64,000 bases of DNA from Ruminococcus sp. (GTDB lineage: Bacteria; Bacillota; Clostridia; Oscillospirales; Ruminococcaceae), in the NCBI RefSeq assembly GCF_017549005.1, contig NZ_JAFYYT010000029.1, positions 266 through 64,265 on the forward strand, read 5' to 3'. The notes under the pieces were generated by a model that did not search any database, was not told where the DNA came from, and saw only the letters and a program-made list of their open reading frames with translations. The number at the start of each line of letters is the position of its first letter. The first letter of the stretch is position 1. Position numbers and translations under genes: made by a program. Positions 18,361-27,060 of the stretch are shown piece after piece.

Positions 18361-21306
18361 ATGAGAAAGAAGCATTTACTGGCAGGTCTTCTGTCAGCAC
18401 TTGTTCTCGGAACTGCTTCGGCTGCAACAGCTGCTGCCGCTGACGGTCTCTACGGCGACGCCAACTGCGACGGAAACGTAGATATGTCAGATGCAGTGCT
18501 TGTTATGCAGGCACTCGCCAATCCGGGAAAATACGGCGTCAACGGCACTGACGCAAAGCACATCACACAGAAGGGCATCGACCTTGCTGACGTTTGCGAA
18601 AACGGCAACGGTCTCACATCAAACGACGCCCTTTCTATCCAGAATTATCTTTTAGGCAACGTCAAGAATCTTCCCGAATCCTACAAGCAGGGTTCAGTTC
18701 AGACAACGACCACAGTTAATCCGGGACAGACCACAACGACTACCACAAAGCCGGTCAATACTGTTCCTCAGGAAGATGTCAACACAGTTATCCACCTCAA
18801 GGGTTCTTCTATCACTGTGGAAGGCAAATATGCAACCGCCAACGGTTCAAAGGTAACTATCTCCCACTCGGGTACATATACTATCGACGGTACTCTCAAC
18901 GACGGTCAGATCTATGTTGAGGTTCCCGATGAAAAGGCTGATCCCGACACAGTCAAGCTCGTATTCAACGGCGTTAACATTACAGGCAAGAGCGCCCCTG
19001 CAGTTCTTATCAAGAACGCAGACAAGACCTCTATCACTGTAGCTGACGGAACAGAGAACATCATTTCCGACGGCACCAACGCTTATGCCGGCGACGAGCT
19101 CGAGAGCGCAGTTCTCGAAGCTAAGGACGACCTTACTATCAAGGGCGGCGACAACGGCACCGGAAAGCTCACTATCAATGCTAATATCCAGCCTGCTGTC
19201 GTTTGCAACAACGACCTCAAGCTCACAGGCGGCGTGCTCAGCATCAACACTCTCAATGAAAACAAGGAAGCTTCACCTGACGCTGTAAAGGGCAAGGGCT
19301 CAGTAACAGTAAAGGGCGGCACTATAGATATCACCTCAAAGGGCGACGGTATCAAGTCCTCAAAGGGCGAAGTCGTTATCGAGGGCGGCACACTTGTCAT
19401 CAAGGCAAGCAAGGACGCTGTACAGGCTGAGACAGATATCACTATCTCAGGCGGCGATATCGCAGCATTCGGCGACAAGGGCCTCACAGCAGTGGGCAAT
19501 GTGAATATCACAGGCGGCAATGTTCTCGTTACCGCAAAGGATAATCAGTGCGAAACTATCAAGTCCACAGAACAGGCAACAATGGTTCTCGACTTCACAA
19601 AGGAGTGGGCAAAGAACAATCCTATCGCTGTTACCGATTCTTCCAACAAGGTGATCCTTGAGCAGAATCCGCCCAAGAAGTACAAGTACGCTATCGTTTC
19701 TTCACCTGACATCGCTTCCGGCGACTTTAAGGTATTCGCAGGCGGTATCAAGATGAAGCACAGCAGCGGCAGCACCTTCAAGGCAGGCAAGCCAGCCAAG
19801 TTCACAGACGTAAACAACGATATGGAGAACGAGGAGCAGCTCTATGAGAGTCTCTTCAGTCAGACAGTCGTTCACAAGATCGACGTTCAGATGAACGAGA
19901 GCACATGGCAGAACATGATGAACAATGCCAGCAAGGAAGAGTGGACTCCCTGTGACGTTACTATCGACGGCGAGACAATAAAGAACGTTGCTATCAGAAC
20001 CAAGGGCAACAGCTCACTCATGATGGCTCAGAACGGCAAGTACAGTCTCCGTCTCAAGCTCGACAAGTACGACAAGACCAACAACTACCACGGACTCACT
20101 GAGTTCTGTATGAACAATATGCTCTCAGACGCTTCATGTCTCAGAGATATCCTCTGCTACAACGCTATGTATGAAGTAGACGGCGTAGCTCCTCATGCAG
20201 CTCATACCGATATGTACCTCAACGGCAAGCTTTACAGCTTCTATCTCCTTGCAGAGCAGCCGGGCGACACACTTGCAGAGCGCTATGGCATCGACGATGA
20301 TACAGTTCTCTACAAGGCTACCGAGAGAAACGGCGGCGGCGGCGGATTCGGCTTCGGCGGCGACGGCTACTGCTCGTTCACAGAGAAGATGCCTCTTGAC
20401 AACTTCGATGTAAAGTTCGGTGCTGACGATAACTATGCACACATTCAGGATATAAAGACTGCTATAAACAAGCTTTCTTCCACAAACTACAAGTTCATCG
20501 AGGACGTTATCGACGTACCGAGCTTCCTCAAGGGCTTCGCAGTAAACTCTATTTTCTGCAACTACGACAGCTACAACGGCTCGCTTGCACATAACTACTA
20601 TCTCATCTACACAGGCGGCAAGGCATACTTCGTAGGCTGGGACTACAACCTCGCAATGGGCAACTTCATGGGCGGTGCTGATTCAGTTAACTCTGATATC
20701 ACAACAAGCCTCTACCAGGCAACTATCACAGACCGTCCTCTCGCAAAGCTCCTTCAGGTGCCGGAGTACTATGATATGTACGTAGGCTATGTAAAGGATA
20801 TCCTTAACCTTTACAGCAATCCCGAGCAGTACATCAGCAACTATGCTAAGAATATCCGTTCACACGTTCAGGCTGATCCGAGATTTGAATTCACTCTTGA
20901 CCAGTTTGACTCCAACACCTCAAGAAGCGCTAACGGCCTCCAGACAAGCGGCGGCGGTCAGCAGCAGGGTGGCTGGAACATGGGCGGCCAGCAGCAGGGC
21001 GGTCAGCAGCAAGGCGGCTGGGACATGGGTCAGCAGGGTGGCTGGAACATGGGCGGCTTCCAGATGAACTCCGATGAGCCTCAGGACGGCTACGTAACAG
21101 TTGTCGGCGATGACTGGGCATTCCAGGGCGGCTTCGGCGGCGGCGGAATGAACTGGGGCGGCGGAGGCGGCTTCGGCGGAGGCGGCGGCTTCGGCGGCTT
21201 TGGCGGCTTCGGCGGCGGCGGCGGAATGTTCGGCGGCGGAAATATCTCCGTTGTTGACTTCCTGGAAGCAAGATTCCAGATAATCCGCAGCGCACTTCGT
21301 ATGTAA
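18361..21306 (+). CDS. Dockerin (N-terminal) + Cthe_2159-like beta-helix carbohydrate-binding domain + CotH kinase-family domain + Gly/Gln-rich tail
   Basis: Signal peptide followed by dockerin GDANCDGNVDMSDAVLVMQALANP...NGLTSNDALSIQNYLLG. The stretch 'VTISHSGTYTIDGTLNDGQIYVEV...VKLVFNGVNITGKSAPAVLIKNADKTSITVADGTEN' is typical of the Cthe_2159 family. CotH-like region: 'VHKIDVQMNESTWQNMM...CDVTIDGETIKNVAIRTKGNSS...YSLRLKLDKY...HNYYLIY'. AGGAGGA favours the second ATG at 18361. Confidence 0.85.
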   Translation: MRKKHLLAGLLSALVLGTASAATAAAADGLYGDANCDGNVDMSDAVLVMQALANPGKYGVNGTDAKHITQKGIDLADVCENGNGLTSNDALSIQNYLLGNVKNLPESYKQGSVQTTTTVNPGQTTTTTTKPVNTVPQEDVNTVIHLKGSSITVEGKYATANGSKVTISHSGTYTIDGTLNDGQIYVEVPDEKADPDTVKLVFNGVNITGKSAPAVLIKNADKTSITVADGTENIISDGTNAYAGDELESAVLEAKDDLTIKGGDNGTGKLTINANIQPAVVCNNDLKLTGGVLSINTLNENKEASPDAVKGKGSVTVKGGTIDITSKGDGIKSSKGEVVIEGGTLVIKASKDAVQAETDITISGGDIAAFGDKGLTAVGNVNITGGNVLVTAKDNQCETIKSTEQATMVLDFTKEWAKNNPIAVTDSSNKVILEQNPPKKYKYAIVSSPDIASGDFKVFAGGIKMKHSSGSTFKAGKPAKFTDVNNDMENEEQLYESLFSQTVVHKIDVQMNESTWQNMMNNASKEEWTPCDVTIDGETIKNVAIRTKGNSSLMMAQNGKYSLRLKLDKYDKTNNYHGLTEFCMNNMLSDASCLRDILCYNAMYEVDGVAPHAAHTDMYLNGKLYSFYLLAEQPGDTLAERYGIDDDTVLYKATERNGGGGGFGFGGDGYCSFTEKMPLDNFDVKFGADDNYAHIQDIKTAINKLSSTNYKFIEDVIDVPSFLKGFAVNSIFCNYDSYNGSLAHNYYLIYTGGKAYFVGWDYNLAMGNFMGGADSVNSDITTSLYQATITDRPLAKLLQVPEYYDMYVGYVKDILNLYSNPEQYISNYAKNIRSHVQADPRFEFTLDQFDSNTSRSANGLQTSGGGQQQGGWNMGGQQQGGQQQGGWDMGQQGGWNMGGFQMNSDEPQDGYVTVVGDDWAFQGGFGGGGMNWGGGGGFGGGGGFGGFGGFGGGGGMFGGGNISVVDFLEARFQIIRSALRM

Positions 21307-21327
21307 AAAACACATATCTCATAAATG

Positions 21328-21366
21328 GTCTCCTGTGGCAATTATTTGCTGCAGGAGACTTTTTTA
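21328..21366 (+). terminator. Intrinsic terminator
   Basis: GTCTCCTG (21328-21335) / CAGGAGAC (21352-21359) followed by TTTTTT. Confidence 0.7.
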
Positions 21367-21562
21367 TATTGTCATTTTGCACATTATGCTATGCTTTTTT
21401 TGTTTGACAGCACAATATTTAAAGAATTATACACAACTTCTTCGTTTTGTCCACCTTTGTTTCATAATGTGAGTTTACAGATTGAATAATTTGAGTTATT
21501 ATTACATTAAATAATATCAGAGACGCCATGTCCTCTCATGGCACTCAGCAGGGGGTACTAAA

Positions 21563-23806
21563 ATGAATGTAACCAAAAAGATCAGGACTGCCCTTTCAGC
21601 AGTCGTAGCAGGAGCTATGCTTGTTTCTTCGGCAAGCTTATTCCCTGCACCCGGGCTCGAGGCAAATGCCGCAGGAGCTTGCACCATCAACACAAACAAG
21701 GAATATCAGACTATCCGCGGCTTCGGCGGAATGAACCATCCCGAGTGGCAGAGCTACAACGTTCAGAACGGAGCTCCCGGAGACATGACCGAAGCACAGG
21801 TACAGACTGCTTTCGGAAACGGCGAGAACGAGCTTGGTCTCACTATCCTGCGTATATTCGTAAGCGACGACAAGAACGCATGGAAGAACGCTATCCCGAC
21901 TGCACAGAGAGCACAGAAGCTCGGTGCTACCGTATTTGCAACTCCGTGGAATCCGCCCGCTTCAATGCGCCAGAACGGTTCAGGCGGTCCGAGAGGCGGT
22001 CAGTACGTTCTCAAGAACGGTGCAGAAGCACAGTACGCTCAGCACCTCAACGACTTCATCAAATACTGCAACAGTCAGGGAGTTGAGCTCAACTCCATCT
22101 CGGTACAGAACGAGCCTGACTGGTCGGGCGAATGGACATACTGGGCTCCCGACCGCTGTGCCAACTTCCTCGCCAACTACGGAAAGACCGTAACAGCAGG
22201 CACGAACACAAAGATGATGTCGCCCGAGAGCTTCAGCTACAGCAAGGATTACTACAACGCTATCCTGAACAACTCAAAGGCTATGGCTAACTGTGATATG
22301 TTCGGTACTCACTTCTACGGCACACAGCGCAGCCAGATGGACTTCCCTGCCCTTGAAAACTGCGGCAAGGAAATATGGATGACCGAAGTATACGTGCCCA
22401 ACAGCGATAACAACTCCGCAGACAGGTGGCCCGAAGCCGTTCAGGTATCGGAAAATATCCACAACGCTCTCGTTGTCGGAAATATGAACGCATATGTATG
22501 GTGGTATATCCGCCGTCAGTACAGTCCTATGTGGGATACGGGCAAGATATCCAAGAGAGGCTATGCTATGGCACAGTTCTCCAAGTGGGTACGTCCGGGC
22601 GACGTGCGTATCGACGCTACAGAGCAGCCCAACAGCAATATCCTCGTATCAGCTTACAAGCACAGCGATACTCAGGCAACTGTAGTTGCTATAAACAAGG
22701 GCAGCGGAGCTGTTTCACAGCAGTTCACCCTCAGCAACAGAACTGTCACAAACGTTGACAGCTACAGAACATCAGGAAGCGAGAATATCGCTAAGATCGG
22801 CGGTATCTCCGCAAGCGGCTCGTCGTTCACGGCACAGCTCCCCGCAAACAGTGTTACTACATTCGTTGTGGGACTTGAAAGCGACGGCAAGGGCTTCGAG
22901 GGCGGCAAGGATCCTGTTCCACCGGAGCCTATCGAGCCCGATGAGAACGGCTACTACTATCACGATACATTTGAAGACGACAGCAACGGCTGGGAAGGCA
23001 GAGGCGGTGCTACAGTTACTACAGGCGGCACAGCTTATAAGGGAAGCAAGGCTCTCACAGTTTCAGGCAGAACAAGCGCATGGCACGGAGCTCTAAAATC
23101 CCTGGATTCACTGACCTTCAAGGCAGGCGAGACCTACAGCTTCAGCGTTGCAGCCTCGGGTTCAGGCAACCTTATGCTCTCTCTCGAGTACAAGGACTCC
23201 GCAGGCGAGACAAAGTACGACCACATTGCAAGCGGCGAATCCTCAGGCGGATACGTACAGCTGGCAAATGCAAACTATAAGCTTCCCGAGGGTTCGGGAT
23301 ATATCCTCTACGTTGAGACAGAGGAAGGCACAGACGATTTCTCAATTGATGAGGCTATCGTTGCAAAGGCAGGCACCTCTGTTGACGGACCCGTTGTAAC
23401 CACTACAACGACTACAACAACGACAACAACTACCACCACAACTACTACGACCGCGACTACAACCACAACCACAACAGCCACTACGACTACAACTGCCGAA
23501 ACAACAACTGAACCGGCAACTACCACTGTTAAGGATCCGAAGGCAGCTCTTGAAGCAAAGGTATCCAAGTGGGGCGACGCAAACTGCGACGATGCTGTAG
23601 ATATGGGCGACGCAGTAATCATTATGCAGTCCCTCGCTAATCCGAATAAATACCAGCTCTCAGACTCAGGCAAATTCAACGGCGATGTATACGAGGCAGG
23701 CGGCGGTATAACAACGAACGACGCTGTAACCATACAGAAGTTCCTGCTTGGCCTGATAAAGAGTTTCCCTGAAAGCTATGCTGAAAAAATAACCACTATC
23801 GGCTGA
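21563..23806 (+). CDS. GH30-family (xylanase-type) glycoside hydrolase + CBM22/CBM_4_9-like module + Thr linker + C-terminal dockerin
   Basis: Signal peptide; 'YQTIRGFGGMNHPEW', 'ATPWNPPASM', 'ISVQNEPDW' (acid/base Glu) and 'EIWMTEVYVPN' (nucleophile Glu). CBM region: 'YYHDTFEDDSNGWEGRGGATV...'. Poly-Thr linker, then dockerin GDANCDDAVDMGDAVIIMQSLANPNKY...GGITTNDAVTIQKFLLG. Confidence 0.85.
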   Translation: MNVTKKIRTALSAVVAGAMLVSSASLFPAPGLEANAAGACTINTNKEYQTIRGFGGMNHPEWQSYNVQNGAPGDMTEAQVQTAFGNGENELGLTILRIFVSDDKNAWKNAIPTAQRAQKLGATVFATPWNPPASMRQNGSGGPRGGQYVLKNGAEAQYAQHLNDFIKYCNSQGVELNSISVQNEPDWSGEWTYWAPDRCANFLANYGKTVTAGTNTKMMSPESFSYSKDYYNAILNNSKAMANCDMFGTHFYGTQRSQMDFPALENCGKEIWMTEVYVPNSDNNSADRWPEAVQVSENIHNALVVGNMNAYVWWYIRRQYSPMWDTGKISKRGYAMAQFSKWVRPGDVRIDATEQPNSNILVSAYKHSDTQATVVAINKGSGAVSQQFTLSNRTVTNVDSYRTSGSENIAKIGGISASGSSFTAQLPANSVTTFVVGLESDGKGFEGGKDPVPPEPIEPDENGYYYHDTFEDDSNGWEGRGGATVTTGGTAYKGSKALTVSGRTSAWHGALKSLDSLTFKAGETYSFSVAASGSGNLMLSLEYKDSAGETKYDHIASGESSGGYVQLANANYKLPEGSGYILYVETEEGTDDFSIDEAIVAKAGTSVDGPVVTTTTTTTTTTTTTTTTTTATTTTTTTATTTTTAETTTEPATTTVKDPKAALEAKVSKWGDANCDDAVDMGDAVIIMQSLANPNKYQLSDSGKFNGDVYEAGGGITTNDAVTIQKFLLGLIKSFPESYAEKITTIG

Positions 23807-23868
23807 GAGGAAAAAATTTATTAGTTCAGCTTATTCCATTTCCACCAACATTCTATACTTTTAAGAAG

Positions 23869-23902
23869 CATCAGCTGCCTTTCGGAAGCTGATGTTTCTT
23901 TT
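23869..23902 (+). terminator. Intrinsic terminator
   Basis: CATCAGCT / AGCTGATG stem followed by TTTCTTTT. Confidence 0.65.
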
Positions 23903-23986
23903 GGCCGAACGGAGTCAAAAGTAAAACTATTTTAACAATTTACATTGTTTTAACTTTAGGTCTTGTTAAAAACCGCAACAATTGGA

Positions 23987-24015
23987 TTGACAATAACGCA
24001 TTTTTATGATATAAT
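23987..24015 (+). promoter_or_regulatory. Consensus sigma-A promoter of the scaffoldin gene
   Basis: TTGACA (23987-23992), a 17-nt spacer, then TATAAT (24010-24015), preceded by TGa (extended -10). Confidence 0.65.
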
Positions 24016-24119
24016 AACACAAAGTGCTTTAATCAGCGGCAGTCAGTGCAGAGGCCGCTGAAAGCAAATGATCTTTACGTCTAAAGCGGCGTAAAAACTA
24101 TTGAAAGGAAGTATTGCAA

Positions 24120-26105
24120 ATGAAAAAGTTTATTTCTGCAATCACATCACTTGGAATTGCTGCTTCAATGATAAGTGCAGTAGTTCCCGCAACAGCAGGT
24201 GCTGCTGACGCTTCCAAGGGCTTCGCTGTCAAGACATACGATATTGCAAAGCCATCGGCAGCTGACGGCAAATCCTCAGTAACTATCAAGAAGAGCGACA
24301 TTCCTGCAGACGGTTATGTTCTTACCTCTGCTCTCTATTACAGCGAGGCTACCAACGGTTCTACCGACTCTCTCCTCGTTGGTCTTACAACAGATTCAAA
24401 GGATATCTCCTTCAAACTCTATAACCCCGAAAAGGACGGCTATACAACCGAAGAAAAGGAGTATACTTTACACGGAACTTCTTTCAAGACATCAAGCTAT
24501 ATCTCATTCGGCGGCTCATATGACGACCTCGACGGCTATATGTATGCAGGCAAGCATATATTCGGCGTTGACAAGTCCCAGACAGCAGCCGGTACGGATA
24601 ACTACTACATAGGCCTCTCATGGACGAACAACGGTAAGGATTACAAGTGGGCTGGCGAAAAGTCCGATTCTTATCCTTTATATGTATTCGATACCGTTAT
24701 CCCGCAGAGCATCGCTCCCGGCAAGTACAGTGTAAAGTTCTGTGAGTACAACACGGATACATCCGGTGAGAACTACAATCCTTGTCCGCTCGTTGAGGGT
24801 GAAAAGAAGAGATTCATGACCAAGGACGGTACTCTCAAGCTCGAGACAATGACTATCGAGGTCCTCGGTGACGGTGAGCAGCAGGCTACAACCACCAAGG
24901 CTCCCGAAAATACTACAACAACCACAACAACGGCAAAGCCTGTATCTCAGAACGGCGATATCAGCTTCACATTCGTTGACAAGAACGGCAAGAGCTCTAT
25001 CGAAGCTAAGCCCGGCGACGAGATCACAGTCAATGCAAATATCACCGCAGGCGGCAACAAGGTCTCTGCTATGGACCTCCAGTTAAAGCTCGGCAGCGGT
25101 CTCAAGCTCACAAAGATCGGCGGTAAGTCAACTGCTCTTGACGGCGCTGCTGTTTCAACAAACGAAGACGATTGCCGTGCAAACTTCACATCTGTTGACG
25201 ATCAGGGCGATCCTATCGTTCCTAAGGACGGAAAGGCTGCTCTTACATTCGTAGTAAAGGTCGCAGACAATGCAAGCGGCGATTACACAATCGACTTCTC
25301 AGAGTGCAAGGTATTCCAGGACAGCACAAACTTCAACTACAAGACCTCATCCACACCTCTTACTATCAAGGTAAGCGGTAACGGAAATACTCAGCAGCCT
25401 GTCGGAAATGCTGATATCAACTTCTCATTCGCTGACAAGGACGGCAAGACAGAGATTTCTGCTAAGCCCGGCGATGAGCTCACTATCTATGCTAACATTT
25501 CTACTGACAATAAGCCCGTTTCGGCTATGGACGTTCAGTTCAAGCTCGATTCAAGCCTCAAGCTCACACAGATCGGCGGAAAGTCTGTTGCTCTCGATAA
25601 TGCAGCTGTTTCAACAAACGAGACCGAGCGCCGCGCTAACTTCACATCTGTTGACGAGGACGGCGAGCCTATCGTTCCTGCTAACAGCAAGGCTGCATTC
25701 ATTATCAAGGTAAAGGTTGCTGATGACGCTTCAAACGGCAAGCACACCATCGGCTTCTCAGAGTGCAAGGTCTTCAAGGACAGCACAAACTTCAACTACA
25801 CAACATCAACTGCTCCTATCACTGTAACAGTTACAGGCGGTAAGGACATAACATACAAGCTCGGCGACGTTAACAACGACGGCAATGTAAACGCAGTTGA
25901 CGCTTCACAGGTACTCAAGTACTATGCTAAGCTCTCTACAGGCGGCGAAGGCGGCTTCACAGAGGCACAGAAGCTTGCAGCAAACGTTAACGGCGACTCT
26001 ATCATCGACGCAGTTGACGCTGCAAAGATACTCAGCTACTATGCATATGTTTCTACTGTTAAGGAAGGAACTCCCAAGACAATGGAAGAGTTCATGGGCA
26101 AGTAA
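24120..26105 (+). CDS. Adaptor scaffoldin-like protein: unknown N-terminal module + two tandem cohesin-like modules + C-terminal dockerin
   Basis: Signal peptide. Two ~150-aa repeats (GDISFTFVDKNGKSSIEAKPGDEITVNANI...VSAMDLQLKL...FSECKVFQDSTNFNY and ADINFSFADKDGKTEISAKPGDELTIYANI...VSAMDVQFKL...FSECKVFKDSTNFNY) have the beta-sandwich pattern of Ruminococcus cohesins. Dockerin: GDVNNDGNVNAVDASQVLKYYAKLST...NGDSIIDAVDAAKILSYYAYVST. The GAAAGGAAG RBS favours the ATG at 24120. Confidence 0.75.
   Translation: MKKFISAITSLGIAASMISAVVPATAGAADASKGFAVKTYDIAKPSAADGKSSVTIKKSDIPADGYVLTSALYYSEATNGSTDSLLVGLTTDSKDISFKLYNPEKDGYTTEEKEYTLHGTSFKTSSYISFGGSYDDLDGYMYAGKHIFGVDKSQTAAGTDNYYIGLSWTNNGKDYKWAGEKSDSYPLYVFDTVIPQSIAPGKYSVKFCEYNTDTSGENYNPCPLVEGEKKRFMTKDGTLKLETMTIEVLGDGEQQATTTKAPENTTTTTTTAKPVSQNGDISFTFVDKNGKSSIEAKPGDEITVNANITAGGNKVSAMDLQLKLGSGLKLTKIGGKSTALDGAAVSTNEDDCRANFTSVDDQGDPIVPKDGKAALTFVVKVADNASGDYTIDFSECKVFQDSTNFNYKTSSTPLTIKVSGNGNTQQPVGNADINFSFADKDGKTEISAKPGDELTIYANISTDNKPVSAMDVQFKLDSSLKLTQIGGKSVALDNAAVSTNETERRANFTSVDEDGEPIVPANSKAAFIIKVKVADDASNGKHTIGFSECKVFKDSTNFNYTTSTAPITVTVTGGKDITYKLGDVNNDGNVNAVDASQVLKYYAKLSTGGEGGFTEAQKLAANVNGDSIIDAVDAAKILSYYAYVSTVKEGTPKTMEEFMGK
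24954..25845 (+). repeat. Tandem duplication (~456-nt period) encoding the two cohesin-like modules
   Basis: Copy 1 starts at about 24954 (ggcgatatcagcttcacattcgttgacaag). Copy 2 starts at about 25410 (gctgatatcaacttctcattcgctgacaag). Similarity is visible at both protein and nucleotide level. Confidence 0.7.
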
Positions 26106-26138
26106 TTGAGCCAACACGAAAAAATCATTATCTGAAAG

Positions 26139-26176
26139 ACGGCGGTCTGTACTTTGTACAGGCTGCCGTTTTTTAT
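26139..26176 (+). terminator. Intrinsic terminator
   Basis: ACGGCGGTCTGTAC-TTT-GTACAGGCTGCCGT hairpin followed by TTTTTT. Confidence 0.7.
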
Positions 26177-26303
26177 TATCTGCAATTGCAGGCTCCGACA
26201 GCTCCGCAGATAATATATACTTATTTTAACAGGATAACAATTCCTTAAAACGTCGGTATATAGTAGTATAACGGAAATATCTGCCTTTCGGACGTCCGTA
26301 TGA

Positions 26304-26332
26304 TTGACTTTTTACGGAAAATGTTATATAAT
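26304..26332 (+). promoter_or_regulatory. Sigma-A-type promoter of the membrane-protein/vWA pair
   Basis: TTGACT (26304-26309), a 17-nt spacer, then TATAAT (26327-26332). Confidence 0.55.
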
Positions 26333-26382
26333 ATATTTTGATATAATAAGCCGCGTAAAACGGCTGATTGGGGTGAAATTTT

Positions 26383-27060
26383 TTGAAGAAATACCTGGGG
26401 CAGATCATTTTTAACCTTATTATCGCAGGGGTAGGAGCCTTGCTCTTCGGCGGTACAGATATCCTGGACTCCGCAGGGCTCTCCATTATAGCTATAATAG
26501 TCATTGTCGGGCTTCTCAGCGCAGGAAACTATTACTTCGTGAAGCTTGCGGCTCTCGGAAAGAAAGCCTTCCAGCGCTCCTACGTCATTGACGAGCACAC
26601 ATTTGAAGCTCTCAATGAGCCTGAGGACTACATAAATGTCATGAAAGACCTGAAGGACTATCCCCTTTGCCGTCAGGAGGCTGCGAGAATGATAGAGCAG
26701 TGGGAGCTTTTCCGGAAAAAGTCGGAAACTCTCGATACAATAAGCTCCAGCGGCGGCGTCTATGAGCTGGTAAATCAGGATATCCAGTCCGTAATGCTCA
26801 ATAATATGACTATGTTCATGAAGCGTACCGCTATAATGCAGTCAGCTTCAAGGAATGAAGAAATAACCACTCATAAGGGCTACCTTAGAATGCTTACGGA
26901 AAGAAACGATAAGATACTTAAGGACTATACCGATCTCCTCGTGGAAGTCTCACAGATGACCGACAATGAGAGAAGCAGTACCGAAATAAGGTCGCTCAAG
27001 CTTATAATAGATTCCATACACGAATACAAAAACCAGATCGAAAGTGAGGACATGAGATGA
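26383..27060 (+). CDS. Hypothetical membrane protein (two N-terminal TM segments + helical cytoplasmic domain)
   Basis: 225-aa ORF with a TTG start preceded by GGGGTGA. N-terminal hydrophobic segments IIFNLIIAGVGALLFGG and LSIIAIIVIVGLLSAG. The stop overlaps the next start (ATGA). Possibly XpaC-like, but I cannot confirm this from memory. Confidence 0.55.
   Translation: MKKYLGQIIFNLIIAGVGALLFGGTDILDSAGLSIIAIIVIVGLLSAGNYYFVKLAALGKKAFQRSYVIDEHTFEALNEPEDYINVMKDLKDYPLCRQEAARMIEQWELFRKKSETLDTISSSGGVYELVNQDIQSVMLNNMTMFMKRTAIMQSASRNEEITTHKGYLRMLTERNDKILKDYTDLLVEVSQMTDNERSSTEIRSLKLIIDSIHEYKNQIESEDMR

Noticed and set aside
20920-21382. Three overlapping minus-strand ORFs (83-150 aa, rich in Arg/Pro/Ala)
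   Set aside because: They lie antisense to the GGC/CAG-rich tail of the CotH gene, where the low-complexity sequence lacks stop codons. They show no independent translation signals.
23398-23520. Short-period nucleotide repeats (ACN)n here and at 43915-44600, considered as CRISPR or another non-coding repeat array
   Set aside because: They are in-frame poly-Thr linkers inside well-supported genes. There is no repeat-spacer structure and no cas genes in the window.
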